NCBI GenBank assembly: GCA_963826115.1
Contig: CAWGVS010000012.1
Location: forward strand, 480,001 to 544,000
DNA: 64,000 nucleotides
From: an uncultured Candidatus Rokubacteria bacterium
GTDB taxonomy: Bacteria; Methylomirabilota; Methylomirabilia; Rokubacteriales; DASRDR01
Direction: 5' to 3'
Each line of letters opens with the position of its first letter. Within the stretch, counting starts at the first letter, position 1. Both the position numbers and the translations under genes were made by a program. The notes below the pieces were generated by a model. It was not told where the DNA came from. It saw only the letters and a program-made list of their open reading frames with translations, and searched no databases. Below, piece after piece: positions 44,951 to 54,565 of this stretch.

Positions 44951-46155
44951 CGACGGCCCTCGACGCCCTCGTGGGTGGCGAGCCCGCCGACGAGGCCGTG
45001 GAGGCCGCGCTCGCCACGATCCCGGCGGGCGAGCTCGAGGCCGCCCTCCGCTGGCTCGCGCGCGAGCACGGCGCCGCCGCCCTGCCGATCCTCCGGCACT
45101 GCCTCGGCGGCCGCGCGGATCACGCCGTCGCCGCCGCGCAGGCGCTCGGCACGCTGCCCCTGCCCGAGGCGGCCACCCTGCTCGAGACGGCCGAGGCGGC
45201 CGCGACGATCAAGTCGGTGCGCACCGCCGCGCGCCGGGCCCTCTACCGCCTGGGCCAGGCCGGCATCGACCGTCGACCCGCGGCCGCGCCGGCGGCGGCG
45301 CGCCGCATCGGGCTCGGCGAGGCGTGGGCGTCCGCCGTCGACGGCACCGGGGGTCGGGGCCTCTGGCTCACCCTGGCCGGGCCCTACGGGGAGCGCACGC
45401 TGCTCGCGGCGGTGCTCTCGGACGAGGCCGGTCTCCTCGACTTCTCGGCGGGCGCCATGGCGAAGAAGCGGATCGAGGAGCGGCTCCGGACGCTCCGCGC
45501 CGAGAGCCCGCTCCCGTGGGTGGCGGTGCCGGTCGGCTGGGCCTGGGCCACCCTCGTCCAGGCCGCCGCGCGCGCGCGCGCCGCGGGGCGACCGGTGCCG
45601 GCCGACCTCGGCCAGTGGATCCAGCAGGTCGACGCGCCCGCGGCCGCGCCGGCGCCGGTTCTCGCGCGGCTCCCGGCAGCGGCCGTCGAGGATCCGGCGC
45701 TCCTCGAGCGCTCGGCGGCCCTCCTCGCGCTCCCCGAGATGGCGGGCTGGTTCCTCGATCCCGCGAGCGTCTCGGGCGAGGCCCTGGAATGGCTCCAGGC
45801 GAAGGAGAGCCGCCTCGTCGTCAGCGACCAGATCAAGGCCGAGCGGCGCGCCGCGGTGGTCGACCGGATCATCGAGACGCGCTTCGATCCCGAGACGCGG
45901 CGCCGCTGGCAGGGACGCCTCGAGGACCAGGCCTACGTCCTCCTCGCGCTCGGGCGCGCGGCGGAGGCCGCGAGCGCCGTTGCGGTCGCCCGCGCTCTGG
46001 CCGAGGGCGGCGCCGCGCTCCCGCGGATCCCGTTCCTCCGGGCCGTCGCGGAGCAGAGCCTCGAGGTCGCCGGGGAGGTGGCCACCGGCCGCCTGTCCGC
46101 CGACGCGGCGAGCCGGGCGCCGCGCGCGCCCTCCGGCCAGGCGCGCGGCGGTTAG
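44944..46155 (+). CDS. Hypothetical protein with HEAT-like N-terminus
   Basis: Start overlaps the upstream gene end; AAAQALG, VRTAARRALYRL, SAVDGTGGR, LPEMAGWFL. Confidence 0.75.
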   Translation: MVATALDALVGGEPADEAVEAALATIPAGELEAALRWLAREHGAAALPILRHCLGGRADHAVAAAQALGTLPLPEAATLLETAEAAATIKSVRTAARRALYRLGQAGIDRRPAAAPAAARRIGLGEAWASAVDGTGGRGLWLTLAGPYGERTLLAAVLSDEAGLLDFSAGAMAKKRIEERLRTLRAESPLPWVAVPVGWAWATLVQAAARARAAGRPVPADLGQWIQQVDAPAAAPAPVLARLPAAAVEDPALLERSAALLALPEMAGWFLDPASVSGEALEWLQAKESRLVVSDQIKAERRAAVVDRIIETRFDPETRRRWQGRLEDQAYVLLALGRAAEAASAVAVARALAEGGAALPRIPFLRAVAEQSLEVAGEVATGRLSADAASRAPRAPSGQARGG

Positions 46156-47145
46156 GTGGGCGGCCTCACCGATGTCGCCGGCCTCCTGGTCGGCCACGCC
46201 GCGGATCTCGTCGGCCTCACCGGGTGCACCGCCGTCCTCTGTCCGGGCGGCGCGGTGGCCGCGGTCGAGGTGCGCGGCGGCGCGTCGGGTCTCCTCGGGC
46301 TCGATCTCCTCGACCCCGGGCACATCGCCACGCGCGTCCACGGCGCCGTCCTCGCCGGCGGGAGTGCGTTCGGTCTCGAGGCGTGCTTCGGCGTGATGGC
46401 CCACCTCGAGGCGCAGGGCGTCGGCCTTCCGACGTCCGGCGGCATCGTGCCGCTCGTGGTGGGCGCGATCCTCTACGACCTCGAGGTTGGCGCGCCGGGC
46501 GCCCGGCCCGACCGCGCGATGGGCGCGCGCGCCGCGGCGGCGGCGAGCAGCGGGCCCGTCGCGGAGGGCTCGATCGGGGCCGGCGCCGGCGCCTCGGTCG
46601 GCAAGGCGTTCGGTCTCGGCCGCGCGATGAAGGGCGGGCTCGGGACCGCGAGCCGCCGGGTGGGCGACGCGACCGTCGGGGCGCTGGTCGCCGTCAACGC
46701 GTTCGGGGACGTGCGCGACCCCGCAACGGGCGCGCTCCTCGCCGGCGCGCGCGACGCCCCCGACGGGCGCCGGCTGGTGGACACCGCTCGGGAGCTCCGC
46801 GCGGGCCGCATCACGCCGGGGTTCCGCCAGACGCACACGACGATCGGCGTCGTCGGGACCGACGCGACGCTCGACGCCGCCGAGGCCCGGCGAGTCGCGG
46901 CCCTCGGGCATCTCGGCCTCGCCGCCACGCTCTCGCCGCCGCACCTGAGCGTCGACGGCGACGCGCTCTTCGCCCTGGCGACGGGCTCGGTCGCGCGCGC
47001 CGACTCGCCGCCGGCCGACGCGCTCGGTCTCGCCGCCGCGGACTGCGTCGCGGAGGCAATCGGCCGCGCGATCCGGACCGCCACCGCCCTCGGCGGGCTC
47101 CCCGCGTGGCGCGACCTCTTCGCGCCCGCGCCGGGAGACGCCTGA
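46156..47145 (+). CDS. P1/S58 (DmpA-like) peptidase
   Basis: LTDVAGLLVGH, TGCTAVL, VRGGA, GGSAFGL, GAGAGA, KGGLGTAS, VNAFGDV, HTTIGVV, DGDALF. Confidence 0.92.
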   Translation: MGGLTDVAGLLVGHAADLVGLTGCTAVLCPGGAVAAVEVRGGASGLLGLDLLDPGHIATRVHGAVLAGGSAFGLEACFGVMAHLEAQGVGLPTSGGIVPLVVGAILYDLEVGAPGARPDRAMGARAAAAASSGPVAEGSIGAGAGASVGKAFGLGRAMKGGLGTASRRVGDATVGALVAVNAFGDVRDPATGALLAGARDAPDGRRLVDTARELRAGRITPGFRQTHTTIGVVGTDATLDAAEARRVAALGHLGLAATLSPPHLSVDGDALFALATGSVARADSPPADALGLAAADCVAEAIGRAIRTATALGGLPAWRDLFAPAPGDA

Positions 47146-47171
47146 GCGGCCGGGCGCGAGGCGCTCCGGCC

Positions 47172-47459
47172 ATGGCCGGCAAGGTCATCCCCTTTCCGTC
47201 CCGCGCGCCCGAGCCCGAGGACGCGAACGGGTTCGAGGAGCTGACGCGCGCCCGCGACCAGGCGGAGGCCTTGGTGGTGCGGGGACTCCTCGAGTCGCAC
47301 GGGATCGAGGTCCTCCTGCGCTCGCACGTCGTCCCGTCCGCCGTCTACCCGTTCTCGGTCGGCGATCAGGGCGCGGTGCGGGTCCTCGTCCGCCGGGAAG
47401 CGCTCGCCGAGAGCCGGCGCGTCCTCGCCGGCGCCGCGCCGGACGGAGAGCGCCGGTGA
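47172..47459 (+). CDS. DUF2007-like small protein
   Basis: EALVVRGLLESHGI...VRVLV...AESRRVL. Confidence 0.8.
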   Translation: MAGKVIPFPSRAPEPEDANGFEELTRARDQAEALVVRGLLESHGIEVLLRSHVVPSAVYPFSVGDQGAVRVLVRREALAESRRVLAGAAPDGERR

Positions 47460-47869
47460 GCGAGCGGCGCGTGGACGCGTTCTTCTACGGCCTGTTCATG
47501 GACATGGACTTGCTGCGCGCGAGCGGCGTCGCGCCGGGGAACCCGCGGCGGGCGGCCGTCGACGGATACGCGCTCCGCATCGGCCGGCGGGCAACGCTCT
47601 GGCCCGCCGACGGCGCGCGGGTCTACGGCGTCCTCGCGAGCCTCACCCACGCCGACCTCGACCGGCTCTACACGGCGCCGGGGCTCGAGCGGTACCGCCC
47701 CGAAGCCGTCCTCGCCCACCCCTTCGAGGGCGCGCCGACGCCGGCGCTCTGCTACAACCTGCGCGAGGCGCCCCGACCGGACGAGCGCAATCCCGAGTAC
47801 GCCCTGCGTCTCCGGCAGGCGCTGGAGACGCTCGACTTCCCGCCCGACTACATCGCCTCGGTCGCCTGA
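47456..47869 (+). CDS. Gamma-glutamylcyclotransferase-like protein
   Basis: FFYGLFMD, GYALRIG.RATL, VYGVL. Confidence 0.82.
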   Translation: MSERRVDAFFYGLFMDMDLLRASGVAPGNPRRAAVDGYALRIGRRATLWPADGARVYGVLASLTHADLDRLYTAPGLERYRPEAVLAHPFEGAPTPALCYNLREAPRPDERNPEYALRLRQALETLDFPPDYIASVA

Positions 47870-48873
47870 CCGCGCGCCGGACGCGCTTGGCCGTCCGCCG
47901 CGTCGAGGGTCCGTACCAGGACCTCGAGCGCCGTCCCCACCGCGGCGAGCGTCGAAAGCTCGAGCGTCTCGGGAAGGTCGTCCGGCGTGTGGTAGGTCGT
48001 GAAGGGCGGCGGGCGCCGCGCGGGCGGCACCAGGATGCCCCGCACGCCGCCGTAGATGAACGCCCGCAAGGGCTCCATCGAGGCCCGCGGGATGGCCGTG
48101 AGCCCCACGCCCGGGACGCCGCGGTCGACGTAGGGCCGGTGGTCGCTCCCGAAGAACGGCACGGGCTCGGCGAGGTGATAGGTCTCGTCGCGGCGATAGC
48201 CGAGGGCCTCGAGCGCCGCGACGAACGCGCGGAGAAGCGGCAGGCGCTCGAGCGCCGGCGTCACGTCCCAGAGCGCGAGGCTGTCGCCGATCCCGCAGAG
48301 CTCGAGGCTGACGACGCCGACGAGGTCGCGCGCGAGCCGCGCGGCGTCCTGGCGCCGCACGTGCACGCGCGAGCCCAGCATCGCCCGCTCCTCGCCCCCG
48401 AAGAACGCGAGACGGACCCCGAGCCGGCGCGGGGGCGCCGCGCGGAGCCGCTCGCCCAGCGCGAGGAGGATGCCCACGCTCGCCGCGTTGTCGTTGGCCC
48501 CGGGGCTGCCGGGGACGGCGTCGTGGTGGGCCGCGAGGACGAGCGTCCGCGGCCCGGGCCCGAGGCCCGCGAACAGGTTGACGCCCACGCCCTCGAGGGT
48601 CCGGTACGGCTCCCGCTCGACCGGCAGGCCCGTGTCGGCGAGGAGCGCCTCCGTCAGCCACGCCCGCTCGCGGTTCGACCGGTGGGCGAGGAGGGCCGCG
48701 ACGTCTCGCGGGGTCGGCGCGGGGAGCGCCCGGTAGCCGGCGAGGTCGAGGCCGGGCCGCGCCCGCGGCGCGCCGCGCCGCCGGTTCATGAGCCGCGCCG
48801 CCGTGACGTTCAGCGCGCCGCCCACCACGCGGCGCAGCTCCCGGCGCCAGAGTCCGGGACCGCGCCGTGTCAC
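47848..48873 (-). CDS. M28 family metallopeptidase
   Basis: AAHHDA, GANDNAASV, FGGEE, SDH, YHTPDD; GTGA overlap with tatD. Confidence 0.88.
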   Translation of the reverse strand: MTRRGPGLWRRELRRVVGGALNVTAARLMNRRRGAPRARPGLDLAGYRALPAPTPRDVAALLAHRSNRERAWLTEALLADTGLPVEREPYRTLEGVGVNLFAGLGPGPRTLVLAAHHDAVPGSPGANDNAASVGILLALGERLRAAPPRRLGVRLAFFGGEERAMLGSRVHVRRQDAARLARDLVGVVSLELCGIGDSLALWDVTPALERLPLLRAFVAALEALGYRRDETYHLAEPVPFFGSDHRPYVDRGVPGVGLTAIPRASMEPLRAFIYGGVRGILVPPARRPPPFTTYHTPDDLPETLELSTLAAVGTALEVLVRTLDAADGQARPARGQATEAM

Positions 48874-49673
48874 GCGGCGGCTCCCGGCCCCTCCCGGCGC
48901 GGCGACAGCCCCAGCAGCCGGACGGCGTTCGCCGTGGTCGCGGTCGTCACCTCCGCGAGCGGCCGCTCCAGAAGCTCCGCCACGCGGGCCGCCGTCACCG
49001 GCAGGTAGGCCGGCTCGTTCCGCTGGCCCCGCCACGGCTGGGGCGGAAGGTACGGGCAGTCGGTCTCGACGACGAGCCGGTCGAGCGGCAGGACCCGCAC
49101 GACCTCCGCGAGCCGGCGCGCGCTCGGATAGGTCACGGGTCCGGCGATCGAGATCAGGAGGCCGAGGTCCATCCCACGCCGCGCCACCTCGAGGTCGCCC
49201 GAGAAGCAGTGGAGGATCCCGCCGACGGCCGCGGTGCCCTCGGCGGCGCAGATGTCGAGGAGATCCGCGTGCGCCTCCCGGCAGTGAAGGAGCACCGGCT
49301 TCCCCGCCGCGCGCGCCAGCCGGAGCTGCGCCACGAGCGCGGCCCGCTGGACGTCCCGGGGCGAGTGGGTCCGGAAGTAGTCGAGACCGATCTCGCCGAT
49401 CGCCACCACGCGCGGGTCCCGCGCGAGGGCCGCGATCCGCGCGAGCGCCGCCGCGTCCGCCGCCGTGGCGTCGTGCGGGTGGATCCCGACGGCCGCGTGG
49501 ACGTCGGGCTCCGCGTGAGCGAGCGCGATGGCCGCCTCCGACGTGGGGACGTCGGTGCCGATGTTGAGGAAGCCCGTCACGCCCGCGGCGCGGGCGCGCG
49601 CGAGCACGACCGCGCGGTCCTCGTCGAACGCCGGGTCGTGGAGGTGCGCGTGGGTGTCGACGAGCCCCGTCAT
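48870..49673 (-). CDS. tatD: TatD family nuclease
   Basis: DTHAHL, GIHPH, AIGEIGLDY, HCREA, HCFSG, ETDCPYL. Confidence 0.95.
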   Translation of the reverse strand: MTGLVDTHAHLHDPAFDEDRAVVLARARAAGVTGFLNIGTDVPTSEAAIALAHAEPDVHAAVGIHPHDATAADAAALARIAALARDPRVVAIGEIGLDYFRTHSPRDVQRAALVAQLRLARAAGKPVLLHCREAHADLLDICAAEGTAAVGGILHCFSGDLEVARRGMDLGLLISIAGPVTYPSARRLAEVVRVLPLDRLVVETDCPYLPPQPWRGQRNEPAYLPVTAARVAELLERPLAEVTTATTANAVRLLGLSPRREGPGAAA

Positions 49674-50707
49674 GCGGTCACCCGGAAGCGGAGGCGACCG
49701 ATCAGCTGGCCGGAGGCCGTCAGGACGTCCACGGTCCAACGACCGGCCGCGTCGGGCGGGAAGTCGGTCTTCCGCGAGTAGGTGCGGAAGCCCCCTGGCC
49801 GGCCGCCGTGCACCGGCGTGGCGAGCCTGACCGTCGAGACCACGCGGCCCTCGTGCCGCCACTGGTGCTCGATCGCCTGGTGGAGCGCGGCGGGCGCGGC
49901 CACCGGCGTGAACGCGACGACGCCGCCCCACGCGCGGAGCTCCTCCAGCGTGACGTCGTGCGCCACCGGGTCCACGGGCGCGAGGTCCGTCACGGCGCGG
50001 GCGAGCGTCGGGCGGACCAGGCTCACCGGCGCCGGCGGCACGGCCGGCCGCGCGATCCACGCGGCCCCGACGGCGAGCACCGCCACGAGCGCCGCCCGAG
50101 CGGCCGCGGGCCGCCACCGCCCCGCCCGCCGGAAGAAGGTCGGGGTGAGCCCGAGCGCGCCGAGCGCGGCGCTCCAGAGGACGGCGTCCGCCGGCGGCAC
50201 GCCCACCAGCGGGAGCGCCACGTTCAGTCCCGCGAAGAGGGAGAAGCCGAAGAACAGGAGGCCGAGCCACGGCCGCGGCTGCACGACCGCGCGGTACCAC
50301 GGGTCGACGGTCGTCAGGAGCGCCGCGGCGGCGAGGACGGCGAAGAAGACGACGGTGACCCCATCGAACGTCGTGCTCGCGAAGTAGCCCGGCAGGACGA
50401 AGAGGAGGAGCCCGTGGTAGAGCGTCTGGATCGTGTAGTCGGTGGCGTACACGACCAGATGGCGCCCGCCGGCCAGGAGCGCCTCGCGCGTCTGGCTCAG
50501 CACCGCGAAGAGGAGCCACAGCACCACCACGTAGCCCACGATCCAGCCCACGTGAGGCACGCCGCGCCGGAAGATGAAGAGGGTCACGAGACCCGAGGCG
50601 AGCGACGCGAGCGAGATGCCCCAGCGCCGGGCGAAGGCGCGCCACGCGGGCCCGCCGGCCCGAAGGTGTGCGGCCGGCGGGAGAGACGGGTCCGGCGCGG
50701 TGGCCAC
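49670..50707 (-). CDS. Membrane protein with C-terminal DUF2914-like domain
   Basis: About 7 TM helices, then FTPVAAP...HQWRH...GGRPGGFRTYSRK...GRWTVDV...RLRFRV. Confidence 0.78.
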   Translation of the reverse strand: MATAPDPSLPPAAHLRAGGPAWRAFARRWGISLASLASGLVTLFIFRRGVPHVGWIVGYVVVLWLLFAVLSQTREALLAGGRHLVVYATDYTIQTLYHGLLLFVLPGYFASTTFDGVTVVFFAVLAAAALLTTVDPWYRAVVQPRPWLGLLFFGFSLFAGLNVALPLVGVPPADAVLWSAALGALGLTPTFFRRAGRWRPAAARAALVAVLAVGAAWIARPAVPPAPVSLVRPTLARAVTDLAPVDPVAHDVTLEELRAWGGVVAFTPVAAPAALHQAIEHQWRHEGRVVSTVRLATPVHGGRPGGFRTYSRKTDFPPDAAGRWTVDVLTASGQLIGRLRFRVTA

Positions 50708-50726
50708 GGCGCGGGCGCGCGGGAGG

Positions 50727-52694
50727 CTAGCGGACCTTGGCGCCGGCGGGGAGGTCCCGGTCGAGCGCGAGGAGCGCGAGGGTCTCCCCCGCCGAACCGG
50801 CGAGGACCATGCCGTTCGAGGTCACGCCCATGAGCGTCGCCGGCTCGAGGTTGGCGACCACGACGACCTTCCGGCCGACCACGGCCTCGGGCCGGTAGTG
50901 CTCCGCGATCCCGGCGACGAGGGTCCGCGTCTCCTCGCCGAGCCGAACGGTGAGCTTCAGGAGCTTCTTCGACTTCGGCACCGGCTCGGCCGCGACGACC
51001 TCCGCCACCCGGAGGTCGAGCCGCTTGAACTCGTCGATCGTGATCCGTGCCGCAGGGGGCTCGGCTCCCTTGGTCGCCCTTGCGGCGGTCGCGCCCGGCG
51101 ACGGTGCGTCGGCCTTGAGGTCCACCCGCGGGAAGAGGCCCGTAAGCCGTTGCACGGGTGCGAGATCCTCGGGGATCCGCCACATCCGCCCGAAGACGAC
51201 CGCCTCCAGGCTCGGGTTACTCGTATCGCCCATTGCGCGGCGGATGCGCGCGGCCGCCTCCGGAACGAAGGGCAGAAGCAGGATGCCCAAGCAGCGCAGC
51301 GCATCGGCCAGCGTCACGAGCACGTCGATCAGCCGATCGGCCTTCTCTGGATCCTTTGCTAGTGCCCACGGTTGCTGATTGTCGACGTACCGATTAAGAA
51401 TCGTCACGAATTCCCAGATTGCGACCAGTGCCCGATGGAAAGCGAACTCGGCCATGGCCGCGTCGACCGCCCTACGAGTCCTCTCGAGAGCGTCGCTCAG
51501 ATCGACGTCGCTGGGCAGCACCGGTCCGCTGGCAGCGTCCCCTCTTGTGCCGTGTGTCACGATCAGGGTCGTCGCGCGTGAGACCAGGTTACCGAGGTCG
51601 TTCGCCAGATCCGCGTTGAGACGCTCGACGAACCCATCCTCCGAGAAGTTCGCGTCCTGGCCGAACGGCATCTCACGCAGCACGAAGTAGCGGAACGCGT
51701 CGTTACCGTACTTCCGGGTGAGCGCGAGGGCGTCGACGACGTTGCCGACGCTCTTCGACATCTTGCCGCCCCCGACCGTCCAGTAGCCGTTCACGCGGAG
51801 CCGCGCGAAGCCCGGGAGGCCCGCGTCCTCCGACGCCTCGTCCCGGAGGAGCCCAGCCGCCTTCAGCATGCACGGCCAGTAGACCCCGTGGGGCTTCAGG
51901 ATGTCCTTGCCGATCAGGTGGTGGACGTGCGGCCAGTACCGCCGGAACCGGTCGTCCCCCGGCCCGCCGAGCGCCGACACGTAGTTGAGGAGCGCGTCGA
52001 ACCAGACGTAGGTCACGAACCGGTCGTCGAACGGGAGCGGGATCCCCCACTGGAGCCGGCTCGTCGGCCGGCTGATCGACAGGTCCTGGAGCGGCTCCCG
52101 GAGGAAGCCCAGGAGCTCGTTCCGGTAGCGCTCCGGCTGGACGGCGTCCGGGTGCTCCTCGAGATAGCGCCGGAGCCAGTCCTGGTACGCCGACATCCGG
52201 AAGAAGTAGTTCTCCTCCTCGATGTACACGAGCGGCGTCTGGTGGTCCGGGCACTTCCCGTCGACGATCTCCTTCTCGGTGTAGAACCGCTCGCAGCCGA
52301 AGCAGTACTGCCCGCCGTACTTGCCGAAGTAGATCTCGCCCTTGTCGAACAGCCCCTGCAGGATCGCCTGCACCACGCGCTTGTGCCGGGGCTCGGTGGT
52401 GCGGATGAAGTCGTCGGGCTTGATCCCCAGCGCGTCCCACTCGTCGCGAAACGCCTTCGAGTTCCGGTCGGCGAGGGCCTGCGGCGCGATCCCGGCCTTC
52501 GCGGCCGCCTGGGCGATCTTGTCGCCGTGCTCGTCCGTCCCGGTCAAGAAGTAGACGTCGTCGCCCGCGAGCCGTCGGTACCGGGCCATCGTGTCGGCCA
52601 CGATCGTGGAGTAGGCGTGGCCGAGGTGGGGCGGCCCGTTGATGTAGTAGATCGGCGTCGTGAGGTAGAACACCTCAGGAGAGCGGCTTGACAT
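50727..52694 (-). CDS. metG: Methionine--tRNA ligase with C-terminal tRNA-binding (OB) domain
   Basis: TTPIYYIN, HLGH, TGTDEHG, YVWFDAL, KMSKS, PWALAK, SNGMVL. Confidence 0.98.
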   Translation of the reverse strand: MSSRSPEVFYLTTPIYYINGPPHLGHAYSTIVADTMARYRRLAGDDVYFLTGTDEHGDKIAQAAAKAGIAPQALADRNSKAFRDEWDALGIKPDDFIRTTEPRHKRVVQAILQGLFDKGEIYFGKYGGQYCFGCERFYTEKEIVDGKCPDHQTPLVYIEEENYFFRMSAYQDWLRRYLEEHPDAVQPERYRNELLGFLREPLQDLSISRPTSRLQWGIPLPFDDRFVTYVWFDALLNYVSALGGPGDDRFRRYWPHVHHLIGKDILKPHGVYWPCMLKAAGLLRDEASEDAGLPGFARLRVNGYWTVGGGKMSKSVGNVVDALALTRKYGNDAFRYFVLREMPFGQDANFSEDGFVERLNADLANDLGNLVSRATTLIVTHGTRGDAASGPVLPSDVDLSDALERTRRAVDAAMAEFAFHRALVAIWEFVTILNRYVDNQQPWALAKDPEKADRLIDVLVTLADALRCLGILLLPFVPEAAARIRRAMGDTSNPSLEAVVFGRMWRIPEDLAPVQRLTGLFPRVDLKADAPSPGATAARATKGAEPPAARITIDEFKRLDLRVAEVVAAEPVPKSKKLLKLTVRLGEETRTLVAGIAEHYRPEAVVGRKVVVVANLEPATLMGVTSNGMVLAGSAGETLALLALDRDLPAGAKVR

Positions 52695-53559
52695 GCGGGC
52701 GGCCCTCCCACGTGAGCTGGGAGAGCGGGACCTCCGCCTCCGTTCCGTCGGCGAAGCCGACCACCACCGTCTCCTTCAGGACCCGGACGCCGCGGACGCG
52801 CCCCTCCATGCACCCGCCGCCCCCGCAGTCGGCCTGGCAGGCGGACCCGACCCGCGGCAGCTGGGCGCGGAGCGCCTCGTACTGCGAGAACTCGTAGAGG
52901 AGGCAGCACTTGAGCCGCCCGCAGTTCCCGAGGAGCCGGCTGTCGTTCAGCGGCACGTCCTGGCTCTTGGCCATCTTGACCGACACCGGCTCGAAGCCGC
53001 GGAGGTGCGTCGAGCAGCAGAGCTGGCGGCCGCACGGGCCGATGCCGTCCTGGACCTTCGTCACGTCGCGGGCGCCCACCTGCCGCATCTCGATCCGGGC
53101 CCGGAACTCCCGGGCGAGGTCCCGCACCAGCTCGCGGAAGTCGATCCGCGTCTCGGCGGCGAAGAGCACGGTCACGCGCCGGCCGTCGGGCGTCATCTCG
53201 ACGTCCACGACCTTCAGCGCGAGCCCGCGGCCCTGGGCGCGCAGCTGGCACGTGCGGACGGCGGCCACCTCGCGCTCGCGTCGCCGTCGCTCCTCCGCCA
53301 CCTCGTCGGGCGTCGCGAGCCGCAGGACGCGCGGGTAGGCCCGGTCGCGCTTGGCGGCGGGCACGTCCCGCGCCGGCCGCCGCACCTGGCCGACCGCGTG
53401 GCCGCTCGGCACCTCCACGACGCAGTGGTCGCCGACGTGGAGCTCGAGGTCCTCCGCCAGGTAGTCGTCGGCGCGCGCGCCCTCGCGGAGCCGCACGCCG
53501 ACCAGGCGCGGCGGCACCGCGTCCCCCTCGAATCGATCCGGCGCGTCCATCGGCTCCAT
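52675..53559 (-). CDS. ricT: PSP1/RicT (YaaT) family protein
   Basis: RIDFRELVRDLA, RIEMRQVGARD, GIGPCGRQLCC, CGRLKCCLLYE. Confidence 0.92.
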   Translation of the reverse strand: MEPMDAPDRFEGDAVPPRLVGVRLREGARADDYLAEDLELHVGDHCVVEVPSGHAVGQVRRPARDVPAAKRDRAYPRVLRLATPDEVAEERRRREREVAAVRTCQLRAQGRGLALKVVDVEMTPDGRRVTVLFAAETRIDFRELVRDLAREFRARIEMRQVGARDVTKVQDGIGPCGRQLCCSTHLRGFEPVSVKMAKSQDVPLNDSRLLGNCGRLKCCLLYEFSQYEALRAQLPRVGSACQADCGGGGCMEGRVRGVRVLKETVVVGFADGTEAEVPLSQLTWEGRPHVKPLS

Positions 53560-53560
53560 C

Positions 53561-54565
53561 CTACGCGGCGATCTCGTCGAGTCCGAGGAGCGCCGTCTCG
53601 AGCGCGAGCCGGGGATTCACGTTGGTCTCGAGCGCGAGCCACGCGGCCTTCACCCGCCCGAGCGCGGTCGCGAGCGCGGCGACCGACGCCCGCGCCGCGA
53701 GCGCCCGGAGCGCGGGCTCCTGGTCGGCGTGGACGAGCAGCGCCGCCGACCCGCCGGCGGCAAGGCAGAGCGCGTCCCGGTACCAGGACCAGTAGAGCTC
53801 GAGATACGCCGTCACCGTCGCGCGGTCGACCGTGGCCCCGTCGAGGGCGGCGCCGAGCCGCGTCGCCGGCTCCGCCGCCAGGGCCAGCGCCCCCTCGCGG
53901 CGCGCCCGCAGCGCGTCGAGATCCGTCCCGAGGGCGAGCCCCGGCCGTCCCTCGGTGAGCCGCGCGAGCAGCGGGCTCGCGGCGGCCGGCACGCCGCGCC
54001 CCTCGAGGAGGCGCGCGGTCTCGGCAACGTCGAGCGGGCGGAACCGCACGCGCTGGCACCGCGAGAGAACGGTCGGCGGGAGCGCCCGCGGGTTCGCCAG
54101 GATGAGCACCAGGTTCGTCCGCGGCGGGGGCTCCTCCAGCGTCTTCAAGAGCGCCTGCGCGGTCGGGAGCGTGAGACGCTCCGCCTCGTCGAGGACGAAC
54201 ACCTTCCGGCTGCCCTCCAGCGGGGCCAGCGCCGCGGTGCGCTCGAGGTCCCGGACCTGCTCGATCCGGATCAGCAGCGCCCCTTTCGGGTTGTCCTTCG
54301 GCGGCGTCGGCTGGACGACCTGGAAGTCCGGGTACTGGCCGGCGGCGACCCGCCGGCAGACCGCGCACGCGCCGCAGCCGTGCGTGGGGCACAGGAGCGC
54401 CTGGGCGAACGCCACCGCCGTCAGCCGGCGCCCGACGCCCGACGGCCCGACGAAGGCGTAGGCGTGCGCCGGCCGGTCGAGCGCGATCGCGCGCCGCAGC
54501 AGCGCCACCGCCGCCGGCTGGCCGACGATGCCCGCCCAGACGCCGGGCGCGGCCGTCGGCGTCAC
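53561..54565 (-). CDS. holB: DNA polymerase III delta-prime subunit
   Basis: HAYAFVGPSGVG, C..GCGAC.VC, IRIEQVR, ALLKTLEEPP, TVLSRCQ; GTGA overlap with tmk. Confidence 0.93.
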   Translation of the reverse strand: MTPTAAPGVWAGIVGQPAAVALLRRAIALDRPAHAYAFVGPSGVGRRLTAVAFAQALLCPTHGCGACAVCRRVAAGQYPDFQVVQPTPPKDNPKGALLIRIEQVRDLERTAALAPLEGSRKVFVLDEAERLTLPTAQALLKTLEEPPPRTNLVLILANPRALPPTVLSRCQRVRFRPLDVAETARLLEGRGVPAAASPLLARLTEGRPGLALGTDLDALRARREGALALAAEPATRLGAALDGATVDRATVTAYLELYWSWYRDALCLAAGGSAALLVHADQEPALRALAARASVAALATALGRVKAAWLALETNVNPRLALETALLGLDEIAA

